DNA from: Candidatus Marinacidobacterales bacterium
GTDB lineage: Bacteria > Acidobacteriota > Vicinamibacteria > Marinacidobacterales > SMYC01
Length of the DNA stretch: 64,000 nucleotides
Assembly: GCA_965262245.1 (NCBI GenBank)
Contig: OZ253507.1
Span: 8,796,911 to 8,860,910 of the forward strand
Direction of reading: 5' to 3'
Shown: positions 20,399-31,700 of the stretch, in pieces
Position numbering within the stretch: the stretch's first letter is position 1
Layout of the letters: every line of letters begins with the position of its first letter
Position numbers and translations under genes: made by a program
Notes under the pieces: model-generated
What the model was told of the DNA's origin: nothing
The model's input: only the letters and a program-made list of their open reading frames with translations
The model's database searches: none

Positions 20399-20779
20399 TC
20401 ATCCGTCACATTGCCCCGTCGACCTCACGAAGTAACCACGGGCCCAAAGGTGACGACCCCAGAACTCCTTGCGGATCGACCGAAAGTCGCGCATCAACCG
20501 ATGCGACGACTTGCCCTTGATTAACTGCATCACACGACTCGGCGACAGGCTCGGCGGCACGCTCAGCAACAGGTGCACGTGCTCTGGCCGTACATGACCC
20601 TTCAGTATTTCTATCTGGTTTCGAGCACAGATCTCTCGGATAAGATCCCTCAGGCGAACTGCCACATCTCCTCTCAAAGCCGGCTTGCGGTACTTCGGGA
20701 TGAATACAAAGTGATAGTTTAACTGGTACGCCGTGTGCGATGATTTTCGGTATCCTTTCATCCGGGGATCGTACCGCAT
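20399..20779 (-). CDS. tnpA: IS200/IS605-family TnpA (Y1/HUH transposase)
   Basis: YHFVFIPKYRK..., HVHLLLSVPPSLSPSRVMQLIKGKSS and WARGYF are IS200-like motifs; 126 aa. Confidence 0.8.
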   Translation of the reverse strand: MRYDPRMKGYRKSSHTAYQLNYHFVFIPKYRKPALRGDVAVRLRDLIREICARNQIEILKGHVRPEHVHLLLSVPPSLSPSRVMQLIKGKSSHRLMRDFRSIRKEFWGRHLWARGYFVRSTGQCDG

Positions 20780-20797
20780 GCCTCCTTAAGGCTTCGC

Positions 20798-21363
20798 CTA
20801 AAGGCGAGGGGTTTCAACCATCCCCGAGTGAGACACTAAGTTTTCCGACAGCGGGATGAGGAAGTCTAAGCACTCTCGTCGGGTGGTGCCGATCAATCTC
20901 TCACAATAACAATTCGCTTGCGGCGCGAATGGCGGCGTCCTCAACACCCTAACGCCCATCGCTCGCACGGACCTCCGCAAGTCTTCGAAGAACTTGGAAT
21001 CTCGGTCGACGATCGCGAAACGATAATCGTGCTCGCACGGTATCGCTTCGGAACTGCTGCAAGGTCCACTCCGCGGTCGGCTGCGTGGTCACGTTCACGT
21101 GGAGAATCCTGCGCGTATCGACTTCCATCACGACGAAGACATAGAGGAATTGGAACCTCGCCGTGACAACGGTCAAGAAGTCGGCGGCGATGATCGCCTC
21201 CGCATGATTGCGAACGAATGTGGACGATGAATGGCGTGTGCCTCGGTTGCTGTCATCTCGACTCGGCATGTACTTTCGCACCGTACGCGGCGACACTCGG
21301 ATCCCGAGCTTGACGAGGAGCTCATGAGCGATTCTCTCTTCGCCCCAGCTGACGAAATGTGGA
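20798..21363 (-). pseudogene. rve-type DDE transposase fragment (HTH-linker and integrase core), frameshifted and N-terminally truncated
   Basis: ..[27 protein letters not shown].. then ..AEAIIAADFLTVVTARFQFLYVFVVMEVDTRRILHVNVTTQPTAEW.. and ..GVRVLRTPPFAPQANCYCERLIGTTRRECLD.. in two overlapping ORFs (20949..21296 and 20798..20980). Confidence 0.65.
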
Positions 21364-21386
21364 GCTCCACATTTCGTCAGCTGGGG
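21341..21386. repeat. 46-bp perfect palindrome (two 23-bp arms, no spacer) at the head-to-head junction of two diverged rve transposase fragments
   Basis: gCCCCAGCTGACGAAATGTGGAG|CTCCACATTTCGTCAGCTGGGGc. Both flanking ORFs read ..HFVSWG.. from the palindrome outward, then diverge (..[15 protein letters not shown].. versus ..[17 protein letters not shown]..). Confidence 0.8.
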
Positions 21387-21843
21387 CTATACGAGGATTT
21401 GTGGGGCTCTCGCTAACATGGGCCACGAGGTCGGCAGAAACACCGTGAAACGCATCCTCGCGGAACACGGTATCGAGCCCGTACCCGCGAGGGACAAACG
21501 CACTCCCTGGAGCACCTTCCTGAAAGCCCACTGGGGAGCCATAGCTGCAACGGATTTCTTCACCGTGGAAGTGCTCACCGCCCGTGGATTGATTCGCTAT
21601 TTCGTGCTTTTCGTTATCGATCTCAAGACCCGTCGCGTCGAGATCGCGGGCATCGTCCATCAGCCCTACGATGATTGGATGAAGCAAATCGCGCGAAACT
21701 TGACGGACGCGATGGATGGATTTCTTCGCGACGCTCGATTTCTGATATGTATTGAACTGTCAAGCCCCGGCACGATCTTTTTTAGAGCATCCGATCTCCC
21801 ACGCTCATCTGGTCAGGGCACGAGCAGCATGAAGCGACGGTGA
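21364..21843 (+). pseudogene. rve-type DDE transposase fragment (a diverged paralog of the minus-strand copy), truncated at both ends
   Basis: ..[87 protein letters not shown].. is the HTH-linker plus the first part of the integrase core; it ends before the catalytic E. Confidence 0.65.
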
Positions 21844-22604
21844 ATCAACCTGATATACGCGTGTTGGTTAACGCCTGATATGTATTCGTCGCGGAGCTGC
21901 CTCTGTCTACTGGCGAGTGTTCTCCCGATAGGGGAGTCTCTTAGCACATTACGAGGATTCTCCAACCGGGCTCCTCGTGCCCTGGCCACATCGTTGCGAT
22001 GCCGACCTGTTCTGCCTGTTGCGCGGTATCGTGTGTCGTGGTGATCCACCTCCTGAGTCCGGAGCCTCCGGCGGATGCCTCCGGGAGTTACCTGAGAGTT
22101 GTGTCCGGAACATGCCCGGTTCGTGGCACAGTGTCTCAGGGCATAGTCATAACCCACGGTCCCCCCGAGACCAATCGATGTTTTTTAACACGACTCTGGC
22201 TCAATCTCCGTTCTTTTTATTTGAGGGAGGCTGTGGGAAACGCCATCGTTGTCCTCCAGTTGTTCGACGCCGTTGGTACAGGCTCCGAAGTAACCAAAAT
22301 GCACTGGCGTTTTCCATGGCCTCCACTAATGAAGCAACCCTTCCGCTAGTAATGTTTCCTCTTGAACATTTTTCATATATATATTTTCTGGCGTTGGTTG
22401 AATGGCTCAGCGTTTTCAATCGAATCTCGACGGTACAGGCCGATTTCGCTCTCAGTGCTCTTGACTGCGGCTGAACTCGTGATTCGAGCTCACCATCCCG
22501 GTGTCGGGGCGCCTCAGCACGGACACAAAGCCTCCTTCGTCCATCGCCCATAGTTTCGGGAACCTCGGCGCGCAGGGCATGCATTCGGTTCAGTGCCTCT
22601 CGAT

Positions 22605-23723
22605 CTACTTCGTCTTCTGCTCTGCCATAACGGCGCAGGCAATCGCCCAAACAAAACCGCTCAGTTCTCTTGCGATCGCCGTCGCGACCTTTCCTGGTTC
22701 CTTTCCGTTGCGTTGCAAAACCCGGTAGCGATTGCACAGCCGCTTCTGCGCCTTCCATGCAATCGCCTGCGCTGGTTTCGTCGCCTTCTCCGCTTTCTTC
22801 TGCATGTGGTAGCTCTGCCGTGCCGGAAACCGGTACGACCATGCCGCTTCGACCAATAGACGACGCACACGACCGTTGCCCGTTTTAGTGATCCCACCGC
22901 GCTTCTGCTTGCCGCCGCTCGTATGCTCAGAGGGAACCAAGCCAACGTACGCCATCAACTCGCGAGGCGAGTCGAATCGGCTGATATCACCGAGCTCCGT
23001 CACCAGCGACATCGCAGTCAACAGCTGCACCCCACGAAGCGCCATCAACGATTCCACCACTGGTTTCAAGCTCCAGTTCGCAAGGACTCTCTCCATCTCC
23101 TTGTCTAGACCTCGAACACGCTCCTCCGTTTGTTTCACCGCGCCCACGTATTCTTCCAGCACGATCTGCTGAACCGGAAACTTCATCTTCACCTCTGCCA
23201 ACCAGCAGTAGTACCCCTGGGTCCATTTGCTCTTGCCCGCCGTGTACCTCTTGCTGTAGCGCAGGAGAAACGCACTCACGCGCTGTTTCAGCTGCAATTC
23301 CACCCGTTTCATCTCTCCTCGAGCTCGCGTCAAATCTCTTATCGCTTCCTGCTCCTCGTCCGGTACCCAAACCGGCGTCAACTCACCAGAGCGAAACAGC
23401 GACGCTAACTTCAACCCATCGCGACGATCCGTCTTCACTCGCTCGCCAGGTTTCTTCGGAATCAACGACGGCGCCACCACTACACAATCGTGACCCGTCT
23501 CTTTAATCCAACGGTAAACTTCGTATCCACACGGTCCCGCCTCGTAACAGAATCCAAGCACTTCGCCCTCTCGCGAGAGGCGATGGACCAGATTCTGAAT
23601 TGATTTCTTCGTGTTGGCGATCACACCCAGCGATTCGGGCTTGGACCGACCCGGGTTCGCCAACGCTGGCGAGATCGTCTCCTTGTGTACGTCCAGTCCC
23701 ACGTATCCGCTATACTCTTCCAC
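22605..23723 (-). CDS. IS110-family transposase (DEDD), full length 372 aa; the IS110 element spans roughly 22.3-23.8 kb
   Basis: N-terminal YVGLDVHKETI, then ELGDISRFDSPRELMAYVGLVPSEHTSGGKQKRGGITKTGNGRVRRLL, a typical IS110 C-terminal module. Confidence 0.8.
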   Translation of the reverse strand: MEEYSGYVGLDVHKETISPALANPGRSKPESLGVIANTKKSIQNLVHRLSREGEVLGFCYEAGPCGYEVYRWIKETGHDCVVVAPSLIPKKPGERVKTDRRDGLKLASLFRSGELTPVWVPDEEQEAIRDLTRARGEMKRVELQLKQRVSAFLLRYSKRYTAGKSKWTQGYYCWLAEVKMKFPVQQIVLEEYVGAVKQTEERVRGLDKEMERVLANWSLKPVVESLMALRGVQLLTAMSLVTELGDISRFDSPRELMAYVGLVPSEHTSGGKQKRGGITKTGNGRVRRLLVEAAWSYRFPARQSYHMQKKAEKATKPAQAIAWKAQKRLCNRYRVLQRNGKEPGKVATAIARELSGFVWAIACAVMAEQKTK

Positions 23724-23855
23724 GACCTGTCCTCCTTGATTATGGCTCTGAGCCTTCTTGCTAGATCCTCGAAAGCTTAACCCACGCCCTCAAGGTCAGG
23801 GCAGGTTCAATACATACTATCTACTGGGCTGGGCTAGAGCTAGAATGTCGACACT

Positions 23856-25220
23856 ATGGAATACCGGACGGTGAATCCGACGACAGGAGAGCTCATCGAG
23901 AGCTTCCCGAATGCCGCCGATGCAGATGCCGACAGGGCACTCGATGCCGCCACGGCTGGTTTCGCCACCTGGTCGAAGAGCCCCTTTGCCGAGCGTCGGG
24001 AACTCCTACGGTCGCTCGCACAACGGCTCGAGGGGAGAGCCACGCCCTTTGCGGAGACCATGGCACTCGAGATGGGTAAGCCGCTTGCGGAAGGCGAGGC
24101 TGAGGCGAAGAAGTGCGCCTGGGTCTGTCGCTACTACGCCGAGGAGGGCGAGCGGGCGCTCGCGCCGGACTCCCACGAGTCCGACGGGTCCGAAGCCTAT
24201 GTGCGTTACGACGCGCTGGGGCCCATTCTCGCGATCATGCCCTGGAATTTTCCCTTCTGGCAGGTCTTCCGCTTCATGGCGCCAGCGATCGCCGCCGGCA
24301 ACGTCACGATCCTGAAGCACGCGCCCGGTGTCCCGCGGTGCGCGCTCGCGATCTCCGATCTGATGAAGGAAGCGGGCACGCCGGAGGGCGTCTTTCAGAA
24401 TCTCTTTCTTGGAAACGACCAGGCGGCGCGCGTGATACGGGACCCAAGAATCCAGGGGGTGACGCTCACGGGAAGCTCCCGAGCGGGAAAGCAGGTCGGC
24501 GCGGTGGCTGGCGGAAACCTCAAGACGATGGTGATGGAGCTCGGCGGCAGCGACCCGTTCATCGTTTTCGCGGATGCCGATCTCGACGAAGCGGCCGAAG
24601 TCGGTGCGCTGGCTCGCTGCATCAACTCCGGTCAGAGCTGCGTGTCGGCGAAACGTTTCCTCGTGGAGCGTTCCGCTTTCGACGATTTCGAGAAGCGCTT
24701 CATCGAACGGCTTTCGACACGGAAGGTGGGCGATCCGACAGACCGCTCGGTCCAGATCGGGCCGCTGGCGCGGAAGGACTTGAAAGACAACCTGGTCCGT
24801 CAGGTTTCAGAGAGCGTCGCCGCGGGCGCCGAGGTGGTGTTTCGCGGTGAGGCCCCCGACGGCCCGGGCTTCTTCTATCCGGTGTCGGCCATCACGAAAG
24901 TGACCGAGGAGATGCCCGCCTATAGCGAAGAGCTCTTCGGACCGGCCGCGGTGCTCCTGCCGTTCGACGACGAGGATCGCGCGGTCTCGGTGGCCAACGA
25001 CACCTCGTACGGGCTCGGCGCCAGCCTGTGGACGAGCGACCGCTCCCGCGCCGAGCGGCTAATCCCGCGCATCGAGGCGGGCGCGGTCTTCATCAACGGT
25101 CTCGTGAAATCGGATCCAAGGATCCCTTTCGGGGGAATCAAGGAATCCGGTTTCGGGCGCGAGCTCGCCTACGAAGGCCTGCGGGAGTTCGTGAACCGCA
25201 AGACGGTCTGGATCAAGTGA
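23856..25220 (+). CDS. gabD: NAD(P)-dependent succinate-semialdehyde / aldehyde dehydrogenase
   Basis: 454 aa; MPWNFPFWQ, VMELGGSDPFIV and the catalytic-Cys context CINSGQSC fit ALDH-family motifs, with SSADH-like ends. Confidence 0.8.
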   Translation: MEYRTVNPTTGELIESFPNAADADADRALDAATAGFATWSKSPFAERRELLRSLAQRLEGRATPFAETMALEMGKPLAEGEAEAKKCAWVCRYYAEEGERALAPDSHESDGSEAYVRYDALGPILAIMPWNFPFWQVFRFMAPAIAAGNVTILKHAPGVPRCALAISDLMKEAGTPEGVFQNLFLGNDQAARVIRDPRIQGVTLTGSSRAGKQVGAVAGGNLKTMVMELGGSDPFIVFADADLDEAAEVGALARCINSGQSCVSAKRFLVERSAFDDFEKRFIERLSTRKVGDPTDRSVQIGPLARKDLKDNLVRQVSESVAAGAEVVFRGEAPDGPGFFYPVSAITKVTEEMPAYSEELFGPAAVLLPFDDEDRAVSVANDTSYGLGASLWTSDRSRAERLIPRIEAGAVFINGLVKSDPRIPFGGIKESGFGRELAYEGLREFVNRKTVWIK

Positions 25221-25256
25221 ACCGCCGACGCCGCGTCGCGTTCGTCTTGCGCCGTC

Positions 25257-26740
25257 TCACCCGTGTGGACCCAGATAGATACCCTGCGGGTCGAGCTCGT
25301 TCCGAAGAAGCTCCAGAACATCTTTGCCGGGACGCGCGGTGATCGAGAGGGGTTCTTTGATTTTCAATGGCCAGCCTACCTCGGACCGGACCTCATCGAC
25401 ACTCACCCCAGGATGGAGCTTCTCCAGCACCATTTCCCGCGACTCGGGATCGAAGCCGTAGACACCCAGGTTGGTGATCACCCTCTCGCAGACGCTTTGC
25501 CACTTCCAGGTTGTGCTGGTACTTGGGATTGTCTTCCGGCGGTTCTTCCACTGCCAGGGCGTCCCGAAGGCGTTTTTCGTTGTGAGGGTGAAACTTCTTC
25601 GATTCAACGATGTCTTCGAGCGTCTGGTAGGGTGCGTGGGGCCCCAGGCTCTCCAGGTATCGATTGAAGTCGTACTTCAGGCTGCCCGCTCTTCTCCGGA
25701 ACGAGTCACGGATCTCTTGCAAGCCCTCGATCCGTACCGGGTCGATGAGGGTGGCGCCGAGCGATCTCAGCTCGGCCAGGGCCTCTTCCATCACCCGCAG
25801 CACTTCGGGATCGGCGTCCCCCGGTGCGAACAACTGGCGGGCCACACCGAGGCGAGCGTCCTTCGGTCCGTCAGGATCCAGGTACTGGGTGTAGCTGTCC
25901 GGCACTTTCCCCCGGCTTGCCGCGGTCACCGGGTCGCTGGGATCGTAGCCGGCGAGGACTTCGAGCACGCGAACGGCATCGTCCACGCTGCGAGCCATGG
26001 GTCCCAACACGTCGCGCGCCGAGGACAACGGGATTACGCCATCACGACTGACGAGCCCCATGGTCGCGCGGATTCCCACCAGGCTCTGGTGGGAAGACGG
26101 ACCACGGATGGAAGCTCCGGTGTCGGTGCCAAGCCCCACGGTGGCGAAGTTGGCGGCAATCGCCGCCGCGGTTCCGCCGCTCGATCCGGCGCTGACGTAG
26201 CGGGTGTCGTAGGGATTCCGTGTATAACCTGGCAGGACCGAGCTCACCGTCTCCGCGCCAGCAAAACGAACTCCGCCATATTGGACTTGGCCAGAATGAT
26301 TGCCCCGCCGCTTTCAACTTGCGGATCCCGTGCGCGTTATCGGGCGGGATGGAGCCTTTCAGGGCCAGGACACCATTGGTGGTGGGCATACCCTGCGTGT
26401 CGATGTTGTCTTTTACGATGAACGGGATGCCGTGAAGGGGCCCGACGAGCCCCTCATCCCGGAGCTTACGATCCAGCTCCTCGGCAATCCGCAGCGCTCT
26501 CGGATTGATCGTGATGATGGTATTCAGCGACGGGCCCTGCTTGTCGTAGGCTTCGATCCGCTCGAGGTACATCTGCACCAGCTCTCGAGCCGTGAGTCTT
26601 CCGCGTTTCATCGCGTCATGGATGTCGCTGATGGAGGCTTCCTCGATTCGCCAGACGCGAGCTCCCGTGGCGGACACCGGTGCAACGCTCTCGAAGAGCG
26701 CAAGAAGCGTCGCGCCGAAAAAGAAGACTCTACGAACCAT
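25257..26740 (-). CDS. secreted amidase-signature (AS) family amidase. It is broken into three or four ORFs by 1-bp indels in G-runs (near 26290, 26260, 25450)
   Basis: Signal peptide. KDNIDTQGMPTTNG, then AGAIILAKSNMAEF in a third frame, then GGSSGGTAAAIAANFATVGLGTDTGASIRGP (the Ser-cisSer-Lys signature region). Every frame switch coincides with GGG or GGGG. Confidence 0.65.
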
Positions 26741-27101
26741 CGTGTGCTCCTCGGACCGTCAACACTTTAATGCCCTAGTCGTAGCGAGCGACCTCATACC
26801 GCCGAGACGTGTTAGGATGCGCCGAAATGGACGTCGCGCGGAATCGACGAAACGCCGTAGATCGGCAAGCGCGCTTTGTGCGCGGAAGGAAGACGGCAAG
26901 AAGGATCGCCAAGCTGCGGTCCAAGCTAGGTTCCCAAAAAACGGGGAAGGCAGAATAAAGCCACCGTCAGAGTAACAGCAAAATAGAGTTCGCCGCTTTC
27001 GCCGTGTTGTAACCCAGCGAGCGAGTACGGGGGTGTTGGGACGGTGTTTCTTTGTCTTTGGCACCAAACTTGACCGTTTTGTGAACTTCTCCGAGATCAA
27101 A

Positions 27102-27124
27102 TACTAGTGCCCTGTATCAGTAGT
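27102..27124. repeat. solo copy of the MITE terminal repeat (ctagTGCCCTGTATCAGTAGTACG); no matching partner nearby
   Basis: 22 of 24 identity with the 10645-10668 terminus, CTAG included. Confidence 0.5.
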
Positions 27125-27673
27125 ACGTCACCTAAATCTCGGCCCCTTTCGCGTATCTGGACTCCTCTGTCAATAGAAAGTTTCGATTTTGTTGGCAGCC
27201 TCCTCTCGGAGTTGGTAATGGAATGCATTTGTAGTGTGTGGCGTGTGGGTGAAACCCCGGATCCCGGAGCCCCCCGTTTGCCCATCGCCCATAGTTGCTG
27301 GGACCACGGCCGAGCACCGTGGTCTGCTGAAGGGGCGATGGGCAAAGGGTTTCGACCCCAGATTATGCTGAAGAGCGTAAAGTTCAATCATCTGTTTTCA
27401 CAGCCCCTCGAGCACATGTAACTTCGACAGGCGTTTCAATTCGCTGCATTGAGATCGATAGATGGCGAGCAGTACCTACAACCGTATCTTCGGCCAAGGG
27501 AGCTTATTTTCTCCGGGCCACGATGGAGTTTTCGAGGACGCCCGGGTTGCCTATCGCGCTCGCGGCCCTCTCGATGGAGGCCAGAAGAGCTATCGGCGAT
27601 TACCCGGGAACAGAAAACTGTGTTTGCCATCATCCTAATTCATAGTAGCGATTGAGAAACGTTCATGCCGGAT

Positions 27674-28696
27674 TCAACGCGCCAAGTTCGGCTCGTACAG
27701 AGTTCCTCGCTTGAGTACAGCGAAGACGATACGGGCCAGTTTGTTCGCCGTGGCGATCGCGGCTTTGTTATGTCCGGTGCGCTTTTGTACTTGTAAAGCC
27801 CATGTGAAGAGCGGATCGGATTTCGAGTTCTTCTGAGCGGCGAGGAGCACCGAGCGGGCCCCATGAGTCAATAGGGTCCTGATATAGACGTTTCCTTGTT
27901 TGCTGATGGTCCCAAGGAAGCGATGCATTCCGGTGGAATGCTCCTTTGGCGTCAGGCCGAGGTAGCTGGAAAATTTGCGGCAGTTTTGGAAGCGCTGGAC
28001 TCCACCACCGACAAAGCCAACGATGGCTGTGGAGGTGATGAGCCCGATTCCAGGAATGCTCCGGAGAATCTCGACAGTTGGGGTCTGCTTGGCGACGGCT
28101 TCGAGGTTCGCCTCGAGTTGTTTGATATTGGTTTCGAGGGTTCGGATTTCGTCGACCATCGCATCTAGGACGCTACGGACAACATCAGGAATCGCAACGT
28201 CTGCATCCTCGACCAAGCCAGGAAGTGCTGAGATGAAACGTTTAGCACCGACGGGGACGAAGATACCGAGCTCCCTCAGAATGCCCCGCGCGGTATTGAT
28301 TCGAGCAGTTCGAGTGGCCATCCAACCTGAACGCGTACGATGAAGGGCGGCCAGGGCATGTTGACCGATGGTTTTGATGGGAACCGGGTGGATATCTTCG
28401 TTGCGGTTGGCTTCCAGAAGCCCCCGAACATCGGTCCGGTCGGTTTTGTTTCGTCGGACGTAGGGCTTGGTGTGAAGCGTGGGTAGTAGCCTCACGGTAT
28501 GACCAAGTTGAGTTATTTCGCGCCCCCAATGATGGGCACTACCGCAGGCTTCCATCACGACCGTCGCCGGCTGACGTTGTACGAAGAAGGGAACAAAATC
28601 GCGACGTCGAAGACGACAACGCTCGGCTACCTTTCCTGGCGTTTTTGACACTGCAATTTCAAAAACCTCTTTTGAAATGTCGCCGGCGAGCGTTGT
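27674..28696 (-). CDS. IS110-family transposase, second copy, with a +1A indel in an AAA run at codon 2 (ATGAAACC); otherwise full length
   Basis: FVQRQPATVVMEACGSAHHWGR (second catalytic region) and the C-terminal IPGIGLITSTAIVGFVGGGVQRFQNCRKFSSYLGLTPKEHSTGMHRFLGTISKQGN. An upstream RBS plus ATG whose corrected reading gives MNHTTLAGDISKEV.. (DxSK box). Confidence 0.7.
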   Translation of the reverse strand, partial: TTLAGDISKEVFEIAVSKTPGKVAERCRLRRRDFVPFFVQRQPATVVMEACGSAHHWGREITQLGHTVRLLPTLHTKPYVRRNKTDRTDVRGLLEANRNEDIHPVPIKTIGQHALAALHRTRSGWMATRTARINTARGILRELGIFVPVGAKRFISALPGLVEDADVAIPDVVRSVLDAMVDEIRTLETNIKQLEANLEAVAKQTPTVEILRSIPGIGLITSTAIVGFVGGGVQRFQNCRKFSSYLGLTPKEHSTGMHRFLGTISKQGNVYIRTLLTHGARSVLLAAQKNSKSDPLFTWALQVQKRTGHNKAAIATANKLARIVFAVLKRGTLYEPNLAR

Positions 28697-28779
28697 ATGG
28701 TTTCATCTGGACTCCTCCTGTGAGTTAACTCTGGCACTGACTTAGTCTGAAGTTCCTTTCCAGAAAAACCGACATCCCG

Positions 28780-31700
28780 TGTTAATCCAGAGGCATAGGC
28801 TGATTGGAAGGTACGCGCTTCTGTCTACACGGTGATACCCTTCAGCAGTTCGTAGGCCCTACGCTGTTTGGAGTCCGGTGATGTAGTCACGTCAAAGGTC
28901 ATGTCGCTCGATGCCGCCCCCGGGGTCCGACATTTGTTTCGGACGATGTTGCTGAGAAGGCGCAGCAGCGTGCGGAAGCTGGAAGCTGGACTCCCATCGT
29001 CAAGCTTCTTGGTCTGTATCTTGCGCATGGCCGCCTCGGAGCGCTTCGCGGGAGCAACGGGGTCACGCTTTGCCTTCGCCTGCTGGTCCTCGTCAGCGAA
29101 TAGCAAGGGCCGCCAAGCCTCCATCATGTGCCACAGGACGTAGTAGGACAGCATACACAAGAAGATGTGCGCCCGGACTCGGTTTTCGCGCCGGTGACGA
29201 ATGGGCCGCACCTTCAGGTCGATGTTCTTGAAGGAACGAAACGCCCTCTCGACCTGGGTCAGCAACTTGTAGCTGCGCACTAAGTCATCTGTTTTCATCC
29301 GCTGTTCAGCAAGACTGGTGCGGATGACGTAGAAGCCGTCAAGTGCAGCTTCCGCAGTGACCTTTGTGTCGTCGATTTCGAAGCTAAAGCTGTTGTCGCG
29401 AATGTCCAGTGTGAAGTGCTTGCCGACTTTGTACTTGTTGAGAACTTTGCCTACCCGCACACCGATTTTATCTTTACCATGCAGCTGACCCTGCCCGATC
29501 CGTTGGCGAATCTGGTCCAACTGCTTAGCGATCGTCTCCACGTGTCGCTTCCACCGCTGGAGCCGTTTGTTGGCGAGCTCTGAGTTGCCGCTGGCGAGGC
29601 GCGAGGCGTCGGCATCCATCGTTGTCTCGTCTAGCAGCCCGGTGAAAAAGTCCAGATTCTGCTCACGGAGAAAGTTTGGTGGGCAAGTTCAAGGAAGATG
29701 TGATTCGGCGGAACGGCCAAGTTGAGACGCCCGATGGATTGCAGCGGGGCAAAACGTGCGCCTATGGTCGAGACGAAGCGCAATAAAGCAGCGATCAGAC
29801 TGGCGTTGAGCTCCGCGTATTCCTTCGGCGTGGCCTTGCCGATGAGATTGCGCATCAGAATCCCGAGATTGAATCCGGCCACGTGCGTGAGGAGGCGCTT
29901 GAGTATATTTTCGTGTCTTCGCAAATGCGTTCGTCGCATGCCTCCCGCTTCGAGGTAGTGCGCGAAAGGTCGTTCGAGTAACTCGCCGCGACGGCGTATT
30001 AATCGCTTACCTCGAGTCCCGCGAATGCGACGTCGGTTCGCGTAGGTGGCGGCTTGCTCGGCCTGTTTGTCCTTCCATTTGCGGCCACCTCGCTCTGGCT
30101 CCGAAATGTAGCTCCGGTATTCTTGTTCGACCAGCTCAACCAGGATGTCGTTGCCGTGATAGCCCTTGTCCCCGACCACTTCGCGACCCGCGTCTTCATG
30201 TATTCGTTCACAACATTCCGCGTTGTTCGCGAGCTCTTGCAGATTTGACTGCGCTTTTTCCAGCGTATCCGGTAGGCTCTTTGTGTCACCCTTCGCGCCT
30301 CCGTGAAGCGTCACGGCAATTACCGCACCTTCCCCGCTCATGTCCACAGCATGCTCGGCTTTGTGCGCCATATCCGTGCCCCCGCTCTTCATTTTCATGA
30401 TCTCCGCATCCGGCTCGTTCGGATTCACCCACTCCTTGTTCGACCCTTTCTTTGGCCGCTTCTTGTCCAACTTTGCAATGTCCGCTCGGCTCGGCTCTTC
30501 GATACCACTCTTGCGCGCAAGCTCCTTCAAATACGATTCGTAGCTTTCCCCCGTGTCTCGACGAACGATTGACCGAAGCGCCGCATTCGCTTCCAGCGTC
30601 GTCGCGTCCACACCCAGTGTCTTGCCATCTATCATCCCTCTCGACGCTAGAACTTCTAGCACCCATCCAAATACAGATTCGTGAACTTCCAGCGGAAGTC
30701 GATTCCGTATCCGAGACAGCGACGAATGGTCCGGCGTTCGCTCTTCCATTCCAAGGCCAAGAAACTGGCGCAAAGACAGTGAGTCCGAACACCGCCAGCA
30801 GATCCCGCGCTCTGAATCGATGCGCTCAAAGTAGCCGATCAACAGCATTCGAAAATACACACCCGGCGGTATGCTCGGCCGACCTTGCTTCTTCGCGTAA
30901 TACGGCGAGCATTTCGACTCCACAAACGAGTCAAACTCTTCCTCTCGAAGTACCCGCTCGAGTTCCTCATAAAAAGGATGACCAGGACTCGACGCAACCG
31001 CATCGTGTGGAATCCATAAAGTCTCTTGGCAACTTTTCTTTTTCTTCTTCATCGACATGCGATGCAATTTTACATCGTCATCGAATGAGTCTTCAGAGAA
31101 ATATCGACCGGATACGACTTTTTCAACGGGCTGCTAGCTCGAAGTCGAAACCGTCGTCACGGATATCGAGTCTGTAGTAGCTGCCGACTTTGTACTTGTT
31201 GAGGAGCTTTTTCACTGCAGCACGGATGTTCTCCTTGCCCTGCAAACGTCGCCGCTCGACCATCCGACAAACCTTCTCAAGCTCCTTGCAGGTCGCTTCG
31301 AGCAGAGCACGACGCTTGTGACGCCGCCTCTCGGCCAGTTCCGGATTGCGGCAAGCGACCAGCCTCTCGTTGGGAAAATCCGGGTGCGTCACCTCAAACA
31401 GATTCCGCTCGTCGAATAGCCCCATCTGGAGCAGCCCATCGTTGATGAGCTTGCGAATCGCCTCGGGTCGAAGAGCGGTAATCCAGTCGACACCGTCCAT
31501 CTCTCGCAACGCGTCGATCTGGGCCTGGGTGATCATCCCGCGGTCGCCCACCATCACAAACTGCTCGATTCCGAACCGCTCTTGCACCTTTTCTATCTGA
31601 GGCAAGAGCGTTTTGGGATCGCCCGAGTTGCCCTCGAAGACGGATACAGACACAGGGATACCGCGTTCGTTGGTCAGTAGACCGTAGTTGACCTGCAGCT

